Shown: positions 26,297 to 40,025, counted from the stretch's first letter. The stretch is 64,000 bases of DNA from Eledone cirrhosa (GCA_964016885.1 OZ024751.1:6448001-6512000), one strand, 5' to 3'. Notes: generated from the sequence alone by a model not told the origin. Numbers and translations: made by a program.

Positions 26297-28645
26297 AACT
26301 TTAACTTTAACTTTGATAGGTTTGGGCCAGTATTGGCTCAGGCCATGTCTAACTTAATAGTACCACCTGGCGAAGTCTTTCAAATCAGGATTTGGGCACC
26401 ATGGCCCACTCAAGTAGAGAGTTATTGTTTACGGAGACATATCCGGGTGTAGGAGGTTTATCCGGAATGTCTTGAAGGAATTTGTCCAAAGACTTCTTGA
26501 ACTTCATGGGGTCTGTTCGTATTTAAATGTGTCTTGGGGTAATCTTAAAGAGAGCGGGGACAATTGATGTGAAATAATTGTGCCGTATTGTTGTTATGAG
26601 ATGAGAATGTAATTTTTGTCGTGGGAATATTTTCATGGGACCCAAGCCTTGGGTGTACACTAAAGGTGATGTCAACATCATTTGGGCAAAGCTGATGGAA
26701 TATTTTCCACATAATGCAGATCATGTAGTGCTCACGGCGACGTTGGAGAGAATAAAGTTTGAGCTTTTCAGATCGATTCCAATAGTCAAGGCCTGTCATG
26801 TCATGTATATTTTTTTGTAATTGACCTTTCGGGTGCTTCAACCTTCATGATACTTTGTTTCGTGTGGGGTGCCCACAGTGGACAACAGTATTCATGGTTT
26901 GGTCGGGCAAAAGTGGAGAAGAGAAGGACAACAGTGTGGATATCTCTCGACTGGAACGTTCTGCGAATCCAGGAACACATTCTGCGGGCCATATCAACAT
27001 AGCTGTTTATATGAGTGGGCCAGCTTATATTGTTGTCCACAATTACTCCCAGGTCTCTGATGTTACAGTTTCAGCCGAAGGAAGAGAGTATGCTAGTTTC
27101 AGGGCATCCTTTTTTCCAAAGTGGATAAGCTCAAATTTATCCTCATTCAACAGCATATTATTCTTTTCTGCCCATTGGATAACAGCCAGTAGGTCTGACT
27201 GAAGGCAAGTCCGGTCACCCACCTCATTGATGACCCTTTGGAGCTTGGAATCATCTGCGAAGATTCTGATGTTGCTGTGTTTGATGATGTCAGTAATGTC
27301 ATTAATGTAGATGATGAAAAGAAGCGGGCCCAACACAGTGCCTTGTGGGACACCACTGCTGATTTTGGCAGGGCTTGATTTTACTCCTTCGACTACAACA
27401 TCTTGGGTTCTGCCTGTCAGGAAACATTTGATCCACTGTAGTAACCTTCCAGAGACACCAACATTGAATAGTTTTTTCGGGAGAATCTTATTATCAACCC
27501 TGTCGAAGGCCTTGCTGAAATCAAGGTAGATGACATCAGTGTTGGAGCCCTCTCCCAAGGCTCTCAACATATGGTCAAAGTGATGCAGGAGCTGCGTTAG
27601 GCAGTCCCTTCCATTACGGAACCCATTTTGGTTGGAGTTCAGCAGGCCGTTGCTTTTAAGAAAGTGGGTTATTCGTGATCTCACCACCCTCTCAAATACA
27701 TTGATAATATTGGAGGTGAGTGAGATCGGAGGGTAGTTCACTGCAAGGGACTTATTGGCCTTTTTGAAGACTGGGACAACGGACTGGGACAGAAAGTTTT
27801 CAGGAATGTAGCCAGTGTCCAATGAATTCCACCACAGATCAGCAAGTTGGTGTCGACGCACCTTCAGGACACAAGCAGGGAACCTGTCGGGGACTACTGC
27901 TGAATTGTGCTTAATTTCGTTTATTGCCGCTAAGAAATCAGGGGCGCCAAACGTTATGTCTGATATAGTATGTTGGGGTTTAATATCACTGATACGGCCC
28001 AGATCGGCCATATCAGGGCTGCAAAACAGATCTGTATTGTCTCTGCAGTATCTCGCCCATGGTTTTGGCATTGTCCTGGAGTGTGCCATTTTCATCAACT
28101 AGAGGGCCAACAGTGGAGACGGTTACCTTGTGTTTTTTAGCGAATGAGAAGAACACTTTGGGGTTGAGTTTGATTTTCTCAATGGCCCACCTCTCTTCAG
28201 CTATTCTCTGGTTATTGATGATGGTCATCATGCATGGCTGGAGGTTATATTTTTTTGTTTCAAGCAGGGTGGTAGCCATTGAATGTGTGTGTTGCTGTTG
28301 ACAATATTTTAGCGTGTTGATATTTTGTTTGTTCTTTTTATTTTTCTGATAATTGTTTTTCTATTTTGGGGGATACTGCACTTGGTTCTGTTCACAGGTT
28401 TTGGTGGGATGTGTTTTGTGACAGTGTCTACAAAGATCTACCAAGATGTTTTGATGTTGGTGGAAGTGTGTGCGTGTGTAAAAGACCAGTCGACATGTGA
28501 TAGTTCGTTCATAATTGCATCCCAGTTGGCATTGTAGAGATCTATGTTATCAGATGGGAGGGCTGGAGAGGGGACCGTGGGATTAGCTTTCGGCTGGTGG
28601 AATCTCAGGTTACAAAGGACCATGTCATGGTCTGAGAGAAGGGTT
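26297..28645 (-). mobile_element. CR1-type LINE, 5'-truncated, degenerate ORF2
   Basis: APE C-terminal LLSDHD motif at ~28620; RT motifs NYPPISLTS, IYLDFSKAFD, GVPQGTVLGPLLFIIYIND, FADDSKL, YCCPLWAP, LYSLQRRRE; (AAAGTT)n tail. Confidence 0.9.
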
Positions 28646-28684
28646 TTATATGTACATATATATATATACCTATATATATATATT

Positions 28685-28715
<31 letters not shown>

Positions 28716-28819
28716 ATATACACACATATATATACACATATATATATACACATATATATATATATTTATACATATATATACATATATATATATATATATT
28801 TTTTTTTATTAATAAAAAT

Positions 28820-29070
28820 ATAGGTGTAACACACGAGTTGTGATATATTAGTAAAAGGAAAAGAAAATGCTCTAATCGATTAGAGCAAACATCACGAGCT
28901 CTCTATCTCAAAATTATTTTTGAAAAGCATTAGAAATGCGCAACTGGTAAAAGCTTAAAACTAAAACTGAATAATAAGCAATACTTATTACTAATTTATA
29001 CTTATTCCTAATTAAACTATTTTTCACTGGGAAAAAATTGACACCATTTTCTTTTCCTTTTACTAATATA
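28820..29070. mobile_element. Small inverted pLTR unit with HHR-like motif
   Basis: 28840-28868 is inverted at 29044-29070; palindromic junction TGCTCTAATCGATTAGAGCA; TTGAAAA-GCAT-tagaa-ATGC-GCAA-CTGG-TA. Confidence 0.55.
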
Positions 29071-29174
29071 TATATATATATATAATGGAAAAAATTTAAC
29101 AGGAACAAAACAGAGAGGCAGTACAACGAATGTTTATTAATTTCACGCTCTGGAGAGTGGAGTGGTGGTGGGGA

Positions 29175-29207
29175 ACGACGTTTCGGGCATAAGCTCTTCC
29201 TCAGGTG
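29175..29207 (-). ncRNA. Minimal hammerhead motif in pLTR
   Basis: Minus strand: CAC-CTGAGGA-AGAGC-ttat-GCCC-GAAA-CG-TC-GTT; weak stem I. Confidence 0.6.
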
Positions 29208-30479
29208 AGAAGTATGTGGGAACAGAGTTCAAAGGGTGTGTAGTGGAGTGGTGGAGAGACATATAGCGAAAGGAAACGGTGAGAATGAAATTAAAAATAA
29301 AAATAAAAATAAAGCATGATCAAAATAAAAGGAATGAAATAAAAATAAATATAAAAGCATGATCAAAATAAACTGAAATTAAAAAGGGGTAAAACAGGTG
29401 GTGGCAGGGTGTGGGGTGTGCAGGGGTGGTGGCGGGTGGAGTGGGGAGAGGGAGACGGGGTGTCCGAGCGGGGAAGGCTGAAGGTGGTGTGTGTGTGTAG
29501 GTGTGCGTGTGTGTGTGTGTATGTGAAAGTAAAGGTTGGTGGAAGAACGGGGTTGCATGTTCAGGAAGAGGTGTATGTGGGGGGGGTTGTAGGTCGAAGT
29601 TTCTGTGCGTGTGTGGATAGAGGGGTGGGGGGAGAGGAATCAGGAGGCTGAGGGTGTAAATATGTGGTGGAAAGCACGTGTGTGTGGGGTTTAAACGTGT
29701 TGTGGGTGTAGGTGGCGTGTGGGAGAAAAAAAATGTTTGGGGTCTGTGTGTGGGTGAGTTATATAGGTGATTCCGTAAGAGGATGGTTGAAATGTTGGTA
29801 AATTCCTATGATGTTTAGTAGATTCCGTGGTGGTCAAGTTCCACATACGAGTATTCCATGAAGAGATGGTCGGAAGAGGAGAGATGTGGGGTGCGCGCGC
29901 AACAGGAAGTGGTCAAGCGGGGGGAGTGCTGTGTGTCTGTTTGTGCTGGGAGGTGGTCAGAGGGCATAGCAGCAGTCAGGTGTAATGGTAAAGGGGCGAG
30001 GATGGGTAGGTGTGAAAGTTGGAGTGAGGAGGGTGTGTGTGTGTATTTGTAGAGGTGTTAGTGGGATGAGTGAGTGTGGAGCGAGGGTGTGGGTGGAGCG
30101 GGGAGAGAAGGGTGTGTGTAGTTCTATGGAGGGAGTGTGGTGTACTGGTGTGTGTGTAGTTTGATGAAGGGGGTGTTAGTGGGTGTTAGTATACGGGAGG
30201 TGGGGAAGGGGTTGAATGCAGGTGTGAGTGGGGGTTAGTGGATGGTAGTAGGGTGTGTGTTTAGTGTGAGCGCGTGTATATATGTGCCGGTGGGTGTGTA
30301 CGTGTGATAAGGAGGGGGGAGAAGAAGGGAGGGATGTTAGTATGTTAGTTGGGGAAGGATGGTCGGATGAGGGGTGGAGTGGAGGTGTTAGTATTGTTAG
30401 TTGTGGGGTGGGCGGTGAAAAGGAGGGGTGTGTTAGTGGTGTTAGTGGGGGATAAGTATGGGGGGAGGGGGCGGTCGAA

Positions 30480-33187
30480 GGCTAAAGGAATAAGGGTGGG
30501 AGTTCAGGCCGGGGGGAGTGTGGGTCTGTAAGATGAAGATAGTTCTTTGTTCGACTCTAAGGCGATTGGCGGGTGTTCCGTGGCATTGGAGTAGGCCACA
30601 GACAGTTAGATGGCGTGCGGAATGTCCAGGGCCACCAAAGTGGCGGGCGATGGGGGAACTACCACCGAGACGAATATCCCGGAGGTGCTCAGTGAATCGG
30701 TCCGCCAGGCGACGTCCCGTCTGTCCGACATAAGTCCGTAGACTAGGTTGGAGGAGGTGCAGCGGAAGCCATGCCGGACAGAGAGAGAGTGGGCGTTGGG
30801 GCCCTGGAAGGTGGTGGTGTTGGTGATGTGGGGACAGGTGTTGCAGCGGGGCCTAGAACAGGGAAAGGAACCGGGGGACAGAGCGTGGGTTGGGGGGTAG
30901 GGAGCTGTGGACGAGGAGGGTGCGGAGATTGCATGTGCGTTTGAAGGAGGGGAGTGGTGGGGTTGGGAAAATGTGGGAGGTGGAGGGGTCGGACTGGAGG
31001 CGTCGGAAGAGGCGGCGGATGGTGCGGTGGAGGGGTAAGGTGGAGGGGTGGTAGGTGATGAGGAAGGGGAGACGGTGGGTGGGTGTGCGGTGGCGTGAGG
31101 TGAGGGTGGTGGAGCGGTGGACAGCACGGGCGCGGGTGAGAGCGGTGTGGACGAGAGGGGGGGGGGGGTAACCTCTGCGGATGAAATGACTGACTAGGGA
31201 AAGGGCCTGGGACTCGAAGTCAGCATCGCGGCTACAGAGGCGGCGGATCCTGAGGAGTTGGGAGTAGGGAATGGAGTGTTTAGTGTGGGTGGGGTGGGAA
31301 GAGGTGAAGTCGAGGTAAGAGTGGGAGTCGGTGGGTTTGAAGAAGGCGGACGTGACGAGGGAGTGGTTAGAGGGGTCGAAGGCGACGGAGATGTCTAAGA
31401 AGTGGACGTGGGTGGTGGAGATAGAGGTGGTGAAGTGGAGGGAGGGGTGGAAGGAGCAGAAGAAGGAGAGAAAGGAGTCGAGCTGTTCTCGGGTGAGGGT
31501 CGTGGCTCCGATACAGTCGTCAATGTAACGACCGTACAGTTCGGGCGTGGGGCCGGTGTACTGGACAAAGATTTGGGCCTCAACATGGCCAACTAAAAGG
31601 TTGGCATAGTTCGGGCCCATTCTTGTACCCATGGCTACACTCGTGACCTGTTGGTAAAACTCACCCGAGAAGGAGAAACAATTGAGGGTGAGGACCAGCT
31701 CGGCGAGGCGAAGGAGGGTGGGGTGGAGGGAATGGGGGAGGGGCGAAGGTCGAGGTAGTGTTTGAGGGCGCGGAGGCCGTCGGCGTGGGGGATGACGGTA
31801 TAGAGGGACTGGATGTCTAGGGTGAAGAGGAAGGGCTGTGGGCCGGGTGGGTAGGTGAAGGAGTCGAAAAGGCGCAGGGCGTGGTTTGTGTCGGAGATGT
31901 GGGAGGGGAGGGTGGTGACAAGGGGGGCGAGGATGGAGTCGAGAAAGGCGGAGATGAGTTCGGTGGGGCAGTTGCGTGGAGTTTGGGGAGGAAGTAGATG
32001 GTGGGGGTGCGGCGGATGAGGTGGCAAGCGGTGGGGGGGAGGAGGGAGGAGGCGATAAGATCTTGGATGGTGGAGGAGACTTGTTGTTGGTAGAGGGGGG
32101 TGGGATCGGAGGGTAGAGGGCGGTAGAAGAGGGGGTTACAGAGCTGCCTGAGGGCTTCGGCCGTGTAGAGGTCCGCGCTCCATACCACCACGGCGCCTCC
32201 CTTGTCCGCCGGTTTGATGACGATGTCATCTCGGCTACGGAGGGAGCGGAGAGTGCGGAGTTCGCCCCGTGAGATATTGTACCGTTTGGAACGGTGGCGG
32301 AAGTCGAAACGATTTACTGCGCTACGGTTGGCATCGACGAACGCGTCCAGGGTGCTAAATTGCCCTGGGGCCGGCGTCCAAGAAGATGGTCGTCGGCCCA
32401 GGGCGAGAAACGGGTCTGGGGCGTCCAGAGCCGGTGGCGTTCGGCCGAAACGTGCCTGTGGCTTAGTGCGTCGCACGAATTGCTCGACTTCCGTTCGGGT
32501 GCGGAACTCGTTGCTGTGCGGAGTGTGGGGTATGAAGCGAAGGCCTCTACTAATGAGTGAGCGCTCAGGTGCAGAGAGGGGGAGGTCAGGGGGTATGGTG
32601 ACAACAAGTGGTGGGGTTTGGGTGGGGGTGCGGGGTGGAGATTGGGTAGGGGTGTGGGTCGAGGGAGAGGTTGAGAGTGGTGGGGGTATGGGGATGGGCG
32701 GGTGGTGGTGGATGAGGGTGGTTGGGAGGAGTGAGTGTAGCTTGCGGGCTTTGGTGGAGCTGAGGAAGGAGAAGAGGTTGTGGTTGAGGTTTTGGATGAA
32801 GGAGAGGATGGCTTGGGCGAGGAGTAGGTGGCAGGTGGAGTTAAGGCGGAGGAGGGTGGGGGTCGGTTGGTGATCAAGTTGGCGGAGGGTGGAACGGAAG
32901 GCGCAGATGGAGTTGCGCATCAGGAGGCGCGAGTATCGGGTGAGGATACGTTGCGTGGAGGGGGAAGCGGCGGGGGAAGGGTGGAAGTGTAGACGGAAGC
33001 CGAGGGGGATAAGGTGGAGGCGTAGGCAGTGGCTGAGGAAATGGATGTGACTGGAGTGCCGGGTTTTGGCGAAGAGAAGGTAGGAGAGTTGATGGGCAGA
33101 GGGGAGATAGCAGGGTGGCAGGAGGAGGGTGAGGAAAAGTTTGAGGCGATTATGTAGTTGGTGGAGAAAGGATCTCAGGCTGGGCAT
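30480..33187 (-). pseudogene. PLE RT/GIY-YIG ORF with frameshifts and deletions
   Basis: IVIKPADKGGAVVVW, IYFLPKLH, FTLDIQSLYTVIPH, AMGTRMGPNYANL, YGRYIDDC, HFLD, PCSRPRCNTC, FRCTSSNLVY, GQTGRRL, spread across three frames. Confidence 0.9.
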
Positions 33188-33684
33188 GATGGGCGTTGGG
33201 TGAAAGCAGGGGTGTGAAGCGGGGTGGAGTGAACGAAGGAGTGATTGCGAAGGATAGGCAGAGACGGGGAAGGGAAAATAAAACAGAAAAACGTAAGGAG
33301 GGGGGAGTATACACAGGAAAATTAAAGACAAAATATCATAAAGGTAAAAACACAGGCAATCGTGAACAAAAAAATCATAGAAATAAAATTGTAAGAACAC
33401 AGGCAAAGAATTATATACGGAAATAAACAAGTACAGTAACAAAATCAAACAAAGGTAATGCGTGGAAGGAAAGACCAAGTGTGGGAAGGTGTGTAAAGTT
33501 TGGAGAATGGTCACGGCGGATTAGATCGGGGTTGAGCCGGTAGTTAAGCTATGTTCCAAAGGAATGGAAGCCGTGTGAGCGTGTATTATATATAATGGAA
33601 AAATTTGAACAGGAACAAAACAGAGAGGCAGTACAACGAATGTTTATTAATTTCACGCTCTGGAGAGTGGGGTGGTGGTGGGGA

Positions 33685-33717
33685 ACGACGTTTCGGGCAT
33701 AATCCCTTCCTCAGGTG
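33685..33717 (-). ncRNA. Minimal hammerhead motif in pLTR
   Basis: Minus strand: CAC-CTGAGGA-AGGGA-ttat-GCCC-GAAA-CG-TC-GTT. Confidence 0.6.
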
Positions 33718-33884
33718 AGAAGTGTGTGGGAACAGAGTTCAAAGGGTGTGTAGGGGAGTGGTGGAGAGACATATAGCGAAAGGAAACGGTGAGAATCAAA
33801 ATAAAAATAAAAATAAAGCATGATCAAAATAAAAGGTATGAAATAAATATATATATATATGTATATATAAATATTTGTATATAC

Positions 33885-34008
<124 letters not shown>

Positions 34009-34011
34009 TTG

Positions 34012-34063
<52 letters not shown>

Positions 34064-34191
34064 CTCATATATACATATACATACATACATATATACATAC
34101 CTATATATACATATATATACACAAATAAATACATATATATATACGCAGATATACATATATACATACATATATATACGTATATATACATATG

Positions 34192-34257
<66 letters not shown>

Positions 34258-34261
<4 letters not shown>

Positions 34262-34520
34262 AAAGTTCTATTTAAAATTGTTGGGATACAACAAGTAAAT
34301 ATTTTTATAACTGATATAAAGCACTCGACAAGTATTTGGAGTTGATATACAATATTAATAAATGGAAACTATATTTATAAAACTATATTTATTTCATTAT
34401 ACATATTTCAGGGATACCAAATTAAATTATGGTATGCCTTCATCAGAAAAAATACAATATATAACAGTTTTACAAATAAGCTTTGACGTACCCTTTTAAA
34501 GTGCGACCATTATTTTTGGA
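34258..34520 (-). mobile_element. Family D pLTR unit with HHR (34391-34453)
   Basis: Homologous to 52151-52410; minus strand CTGATGA-AGGCATACCA..TGGTATCCCT-GAAA-TATGTA-TA-ATGAAAT. Confidence 0.72.
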
Positions 34521-34559
34521 AGCCATCTGGATAGTGAATTGTTTATATTATTTTAATAA

Positions 34560-36296
34560 GTCTTACATAGCCCACATACTACATAATACATTTAGTAATC
34601 TACAGGGGGTGGGGAATTACAGAGATGACGAGCTCTTATTAGTTAATAACTTTTATAACCAAAATCTTGAAAGGCTACGGACAAATATTAGAAAATCTTT
34701 TAGTGAACTGGGTCTAAAAATAACATACGAATATAATCTTAAAGTAGTAAATTTTCTTTGACGTAACTCTTAATTTAAATACCGGACTGATACGACCCTT
34801 CCACAAGATAAATGAGAACCTTACGTATATCAACTTTAACTCAAACCACCCACTCTCCATGATCAAATCAGTTCCCCGGAGTATTTCTCTTAGAATCTCT
34901 CGCCTATCGTCTGACTCTGAAATGTTTAGTGAACACGCTGAATACTATAATAATGCATTAAGGAATGCTGACCACCGGGATACAATAGAATACATTGATA
35001 AGAATCTTCATAACACACATAGCTCTACACGAAATCAAGGAATACGTAACAGGGGGACTAAAATACAAGCGCACACACACAGTACCACCAGACATACTAA
35101 TAATAGAAAATCACCACCAAATAAATCACGTAGAAAGTATATCTGGTATAATCCTATTTTTAATGCCTCGATTAGTACAAAACTATCTCTTTCATTTTTT
35201 AAGTTTATCAACAAGCATTTCCCTAGTTCCCATAAATACAGTAAAATTCTGAACTCTAAAACTATCAGACTATGATATCCACGGCACCAAACCTTGAAGC
35301 ATACATAACAAAACTTAACTTAAAGCAATTAAACAACACTACAAAACAAAATATTTTGGTAACAGATGGACAGAACGTAATATCTGCCTCCCAACCACTA
35401 AATGGGAATCGGGTATTACACAACCCACCTGTACTGCTGTCAGAACCTATCCATGGTATACCCACTACCCACAACAAAAAATGTAACTGCCATCTACCTG
35501 AAAGATGTCCATTGAAGAATGAATGCCTAAAGTCCAACATTGTTTACCAATGCACGGTTGAATCGAACGACCAGAAATGGTATTACATCGGATTTACCAC
35601 CACCTCGTTTAAATTTCGCTGGTACCGTCATCGATTCTCAATCAAACATCCTGATCACCGTTTTGTGACCACGCTCGCCAACAAGACCTGGCAACTCCGT
35701 GAACGCAACCAACAGTTCACCTTAAAATGGGATATACTTTCCAGCGCAAGTGCATATCGGAGTGGATTGAAGTACTGTAGGTTGTGTAACCTTGAACTCT
35801 TGTACATATTAAAATCCAAAAATAAACTACTTAACGATAGAATCGAACGATCATTATACTGCAACCACAAACTAAAAGCTAAATTCTCTCACTATAAAAT
35901 AACTTAACATTCGAAACCGTAACTATAACATCGCTTTCTAGCTAACCACCTTCTCTTCCCCCACACTACAAGACAATACCCTGCTTATCACTATAAATGG
36001 TAACCCAGTGTAATTCGCAGATTACTACTACGAACCCAAAGTTCACCCACCTCATAGACTTCGTCTGTCCCCTCTCTATCTCTCCCTCTATATCCATTCC
36101 ACTCTCTCTGTCTCGCCTTTGGCCTATCTCCCTCCCTCTCTACATCTATGAACCTGCCCTCTGGGGCAATAAATAATTCCAACCTTGACTATCAACACAT
36201 CTTTCTGAAAGTAACCAGTATAATAAAACCCCTACCATAACATTTTCATTAAGATATCTACAAACCACCCTCTCCTATTTCTCCAAGCCCTGCATA

Positions 36297-36334
<38 letters not shown>

Positions 36335-36575
36335 TCCCCTACTATTCTCTCTTCCTTTTCTACTCTATCTTCTCCAATAACCTCACTTAGGGGTATTTAC
36401 ATTGTACATTTTAACCATTCCGCTCTGATGATACAGTGGTCACAGCATTTGATATTTGAGTTCTGCAAACAGTTGTAAATTTGCACATAGCATAACTAGG
36501 CTGTATTACCACCGTGGAAACATTTGTAAGCACACGGAATAAATTACCTTTTAATGATGTCTACCTGTTATTATT
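34560..36575 (+). mobile_element. Penelope-like element family B, 5'-truncated
   Basis: GNYRDDEL, NFL/DVTLNL, NSNHP, YIWYNP, INKHFP, CNCHLPERCPLKNECL, NIVYQC..YYIGFT (ORF 35272-35907). Confidence 0.88.
36422..36531 (+). ncRNA. Type I hammerhead ribozyme with long stem-II insertion
   Basis: GCT-CTGATGA-TACAGTGGT-(~67 nt)-ACCACCGTG-GAAA-CATTTG-TA-AGC; intact core. Confidence 0.68.
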
Positions 36576-36579
36576 CATT

Positions 36580-36640
36580 CAAAATAAAGTACCAGTAATG
36601 CACTGTAATTGCTGGCCTTGTGCCTAAAGTAGAAACAATT
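36580..36640 (+). mobile_element. SINE family 1, 3' fragment
   Basis: AAAATAAAGTACCAGTAATGCACTG..GCTGGCCTTGTGCCTAAAGTAGAAACAATT. Confidence 0.75.
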
Positions 36641-36647
36641 ATTCATT

Positions 36648-36750
<103 letters not shown>

Positions 36751-36964
36751 CACATATATATGTATATATACATATACATATATATGTATATGTATGTATA
36801 CATATACATCTATATATGTACATATACATATACATATATATATATGTATGTATACATATATATATATACGTATATATACACATATATATATGTATACATA
36901 TATATATGTATATATACATATATATAACTATATATATGTATATATATATATGTATATTTATTTG

Positions 36965-38770
36965 CAAATAACAAAGCCAGATGATTTCTTTGATGCCACA
37001 ACACTCCATGAAGAAATGGCGACCATCAACCACATAGAGATAACGGAGGAAGATGTGGTATACGCCATAGATCAAATTAGAACTGACTCAGCTGCTGGAC
37101 CTCTTGGATACCCTGCAATCCTCTTAAAAACATATAAGTGGTCCTTAGCAACTCCACTGACGGCGCTCTTCAGAAGCTCCTTGGCTAGTGGCAGACTACC
37201 CAGGGAGCTGAAAGAAGGCACAATATGCCCTATCCATAAAGGAGGTAGCAGAGTAGAGGCCAAAAACTATAGGCCAGTCCCTCTGACGTCACATATCAGT
37301 AAGGTCATGTAGCGAATCATCAGAAAGAAACTGATCACTTTCCTGGAGGAAAATGACCGCCTGACTAGCACGCAGCCTGGCTTTCGCCCAGGAAGAAGCT
37401 GCCTTACACAGCTGCTACATCACTACGACTGGGTACTGAAACAACTGCTACATAGTTCACATGTGGACGTGATATATCTTGACTTTGCGAAGGGTTTTGA
37501 CAAGGTCGACCACGGAATAATATATCACAAACTACACAGACTCGGCATAACTGGAAAAGTAGGTGAGAGCTGCATGACTTCTTAAAGGACAGAAGCCAGA
37601 CAGTCACTTCAAACGGGGTCCTCTCAAAGGAAATATCAATAACAAGTGGGCTAGCCTAAGGCACAGTCCTGGGACCACTAATGTTTTTGGTGACCCTCTC
37701 AGACATGCCCTCTGTAGTACATAGAACAACATCACTCACTAGCTATGCTGATGACACTAAGGTAGCACGGGCAATCGAAAACCCGACTGACGCTGCCCTT
37801 TTACAACAAGATCTGGATGCCATATACAAATGCGTGGAAGACAACAACATGCAGTTTAATGCTGGCAAATTCCAAGCCTTACAATACAAACCTGCAAATA
37901 CAAATAGAGTAGAACACAGTTACACCGGACCAGGAGGGACCGATATCCCCGTGTCGAAACCGATACGAGACCTGGGTATAGACATGAGCGACGATGCATC
38001 TTTTTCCTCACACATCATGAAAGTGGGGACAATGTGCAGACGACTCGCTGACTGGATTTTGAGGACTTTCTGGACAACAGATCGAGACACTATGTTGACA
38101 CTATGGAGGATATTTATCCTAAGCCGCCTGGACTATTGCTCCCAGTTGTGGTCACCCCATAGTGTCAAACTAACCACGGAGCTTGAGGTAATCCAGCGAA
38201 GCTACACCAAGAGGATTGCCACGATGAAGGAGATAAGCTACTGGGAGAGGCTAAAAGAACTGAACCTCTACTCCTTGGAACGAAGACGGGAGAGATACGC
38301 AGTGATATACATGTGGAAAATCCTGGAGGGACTAGCACCAAACTTTGGCATTGGCAGCTGGACAAACCGTCGAACAGGACGTCACTGTGTGGTGCCAAAG
38401 GTCCCGTGTTCCACATCTATGTTAAGGAGCATATATTGCTATAGCCTGGGTTTCAAGGGCCCTCAACTCTTCAACAAGCTGCCGAGAGATCTGAGAGATC
38501 TGTATGGTGTGGGTGTGAATATTTTCAAGAAACCTCTCGACACCTTGCTACACAGGATCCCGGATGAGGCCACAGCAAGGCACGAGGGAAACCTAAGGGC
38601 AGCAGCAACGAACTCCCTCTTGCACCAGTGGCCAACCAATACAGGCTGGAGATAAAATGTGTAGCAACAAGGGCGGTGCCTCAGTATGGCCTTAGCCGGA
38701 TGGCTGGAACAGGTAAAAGAGTAAAAGAGTATAAATGTCTGTTTCCTCAATTGTAAAGTTAAAGGTAACT
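36965..38770 (+). mobile_element. CR1-type LINE, 5'-truncated
   Basis: [64 protein letters not shown]; stops and frameshifts; ORF 37681-38655 is the RT C-terminus. Confidence 0.9.
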
Positions 38771-39829
38771 CTAATATTATTTGCTAACCATTAAATTTGA
38801 TGAATGATTTTCTTATGTAGAGAAAATTATATATTATTTTGTATGAGATTATAAGGTATTTTATATTATATGTTTTTCAAGGATGAGAATTTAAATTATA
38901 TATTATTTACGTCGAAAGATGTGTGAAAAGTTTGAAGATTAAAAGAAGAAAACATGTATTATTAGATAAGTCAAGAGTGCATGTAGAAGAACTATCGTAA
39001 AGAGGATATCTTTCAGAATGTCAATTAAAGAGTATCAATCTAAATCTAAAAATTAGATTAAGAAGAATATCATTAGGAAAAGAATATCAAATGTTAAAAA
39101 TATTGGAGTTATCTTTTCCTTTACAATTGAGCAAACATAGACATGATAACATGTATGATAAATTATATAATTTCGCTAAATTAACAATGTTTTGAAAACA
39201 TTTTCAATGTTGGAGGAAGCTATTTGAGTCTACAAATTGTTCTTCTCTTACAATTTGAACTACGTCTTTTTCGTAAATATTTATGTAAAATCTAAAATCA
39301 ACATCCTTCGTAACTCATATTAGAAATGTAAACAATTAATAAGTGGTTTATTTCTATAAAATCACCAATAATACTTATACTTGCACACTTATTAATCTAT
39401 AGAGATATTGATATACTTACAACCTGTTGTAATGTAATAAGATAACATGTACTTACAACCATAATTCTTCATCAAATCTAACTGATTATATATATAATAT
39501 TATAACTCATAATATAGCTAAATAATGTTTTTAAATTCTGGAATCATATTCCACCATTCCTACAAACTGTTAATTCATTTTAAATTCACGTAAATACAAG
39601 CTTTTCTTTTTTTCTCTTTCTTATTCCTACACATACAGATATATATATCCTAATAATTATTTAAATCTACCTAGCGTTTAATATAACGTTTTATTTTATA
39701 CCTCAACCTCATTTGCATATTCATCTTAATAATTTGAAATATTTGACTTTTCCTCTTTTTCCCCTCTTTCCTTTTACTATCCAGGAAAAACTTGACCCGT
39801 TATGATCTCCCTCCTGGGTATGTCAATAT

Positions 39830-39944
39830 TTATAAAACAAACTTTGTATTTTATCTGATGAGTGCGTTCCAAAGTTTTGGTACCTTTAAAATATATATAA
39901 TAGAATAAATACTTTTTTATAAATATAGTTTCCATTTATTTAAT

Positions 39945-39948
<4 letters not shown>
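39830..39948 (+). mobile_element. Degenerate family D pLTR with eroded HHR
   Basis: TTTTAT-CTGATGA.. followed by TTTATAAATATAGTTTCCA shared with family D; GAAA lost. Confidence 0.5.

Positions 39949-40025
<77 letters not shown>

Larger units (their letters stand above)
29080..33845 (-). mobile_element. Full-length Neptune-like Penelope element with direct pLTRs
   Basis: ~255-bp direct repeats at ~29085-29340 and ~33590-33845 (period 4510 bp) flanking an RT + GIY-YIG ORF. Confidence 0.92.

Noticed and set aside
31817-33514. 565-aa ORF and overlapping Pro/Ser-rich ORFs as host genes
   Set aside because: They are frames of the C-rich PLE; the true reading switches frames and likely starts near 33187.
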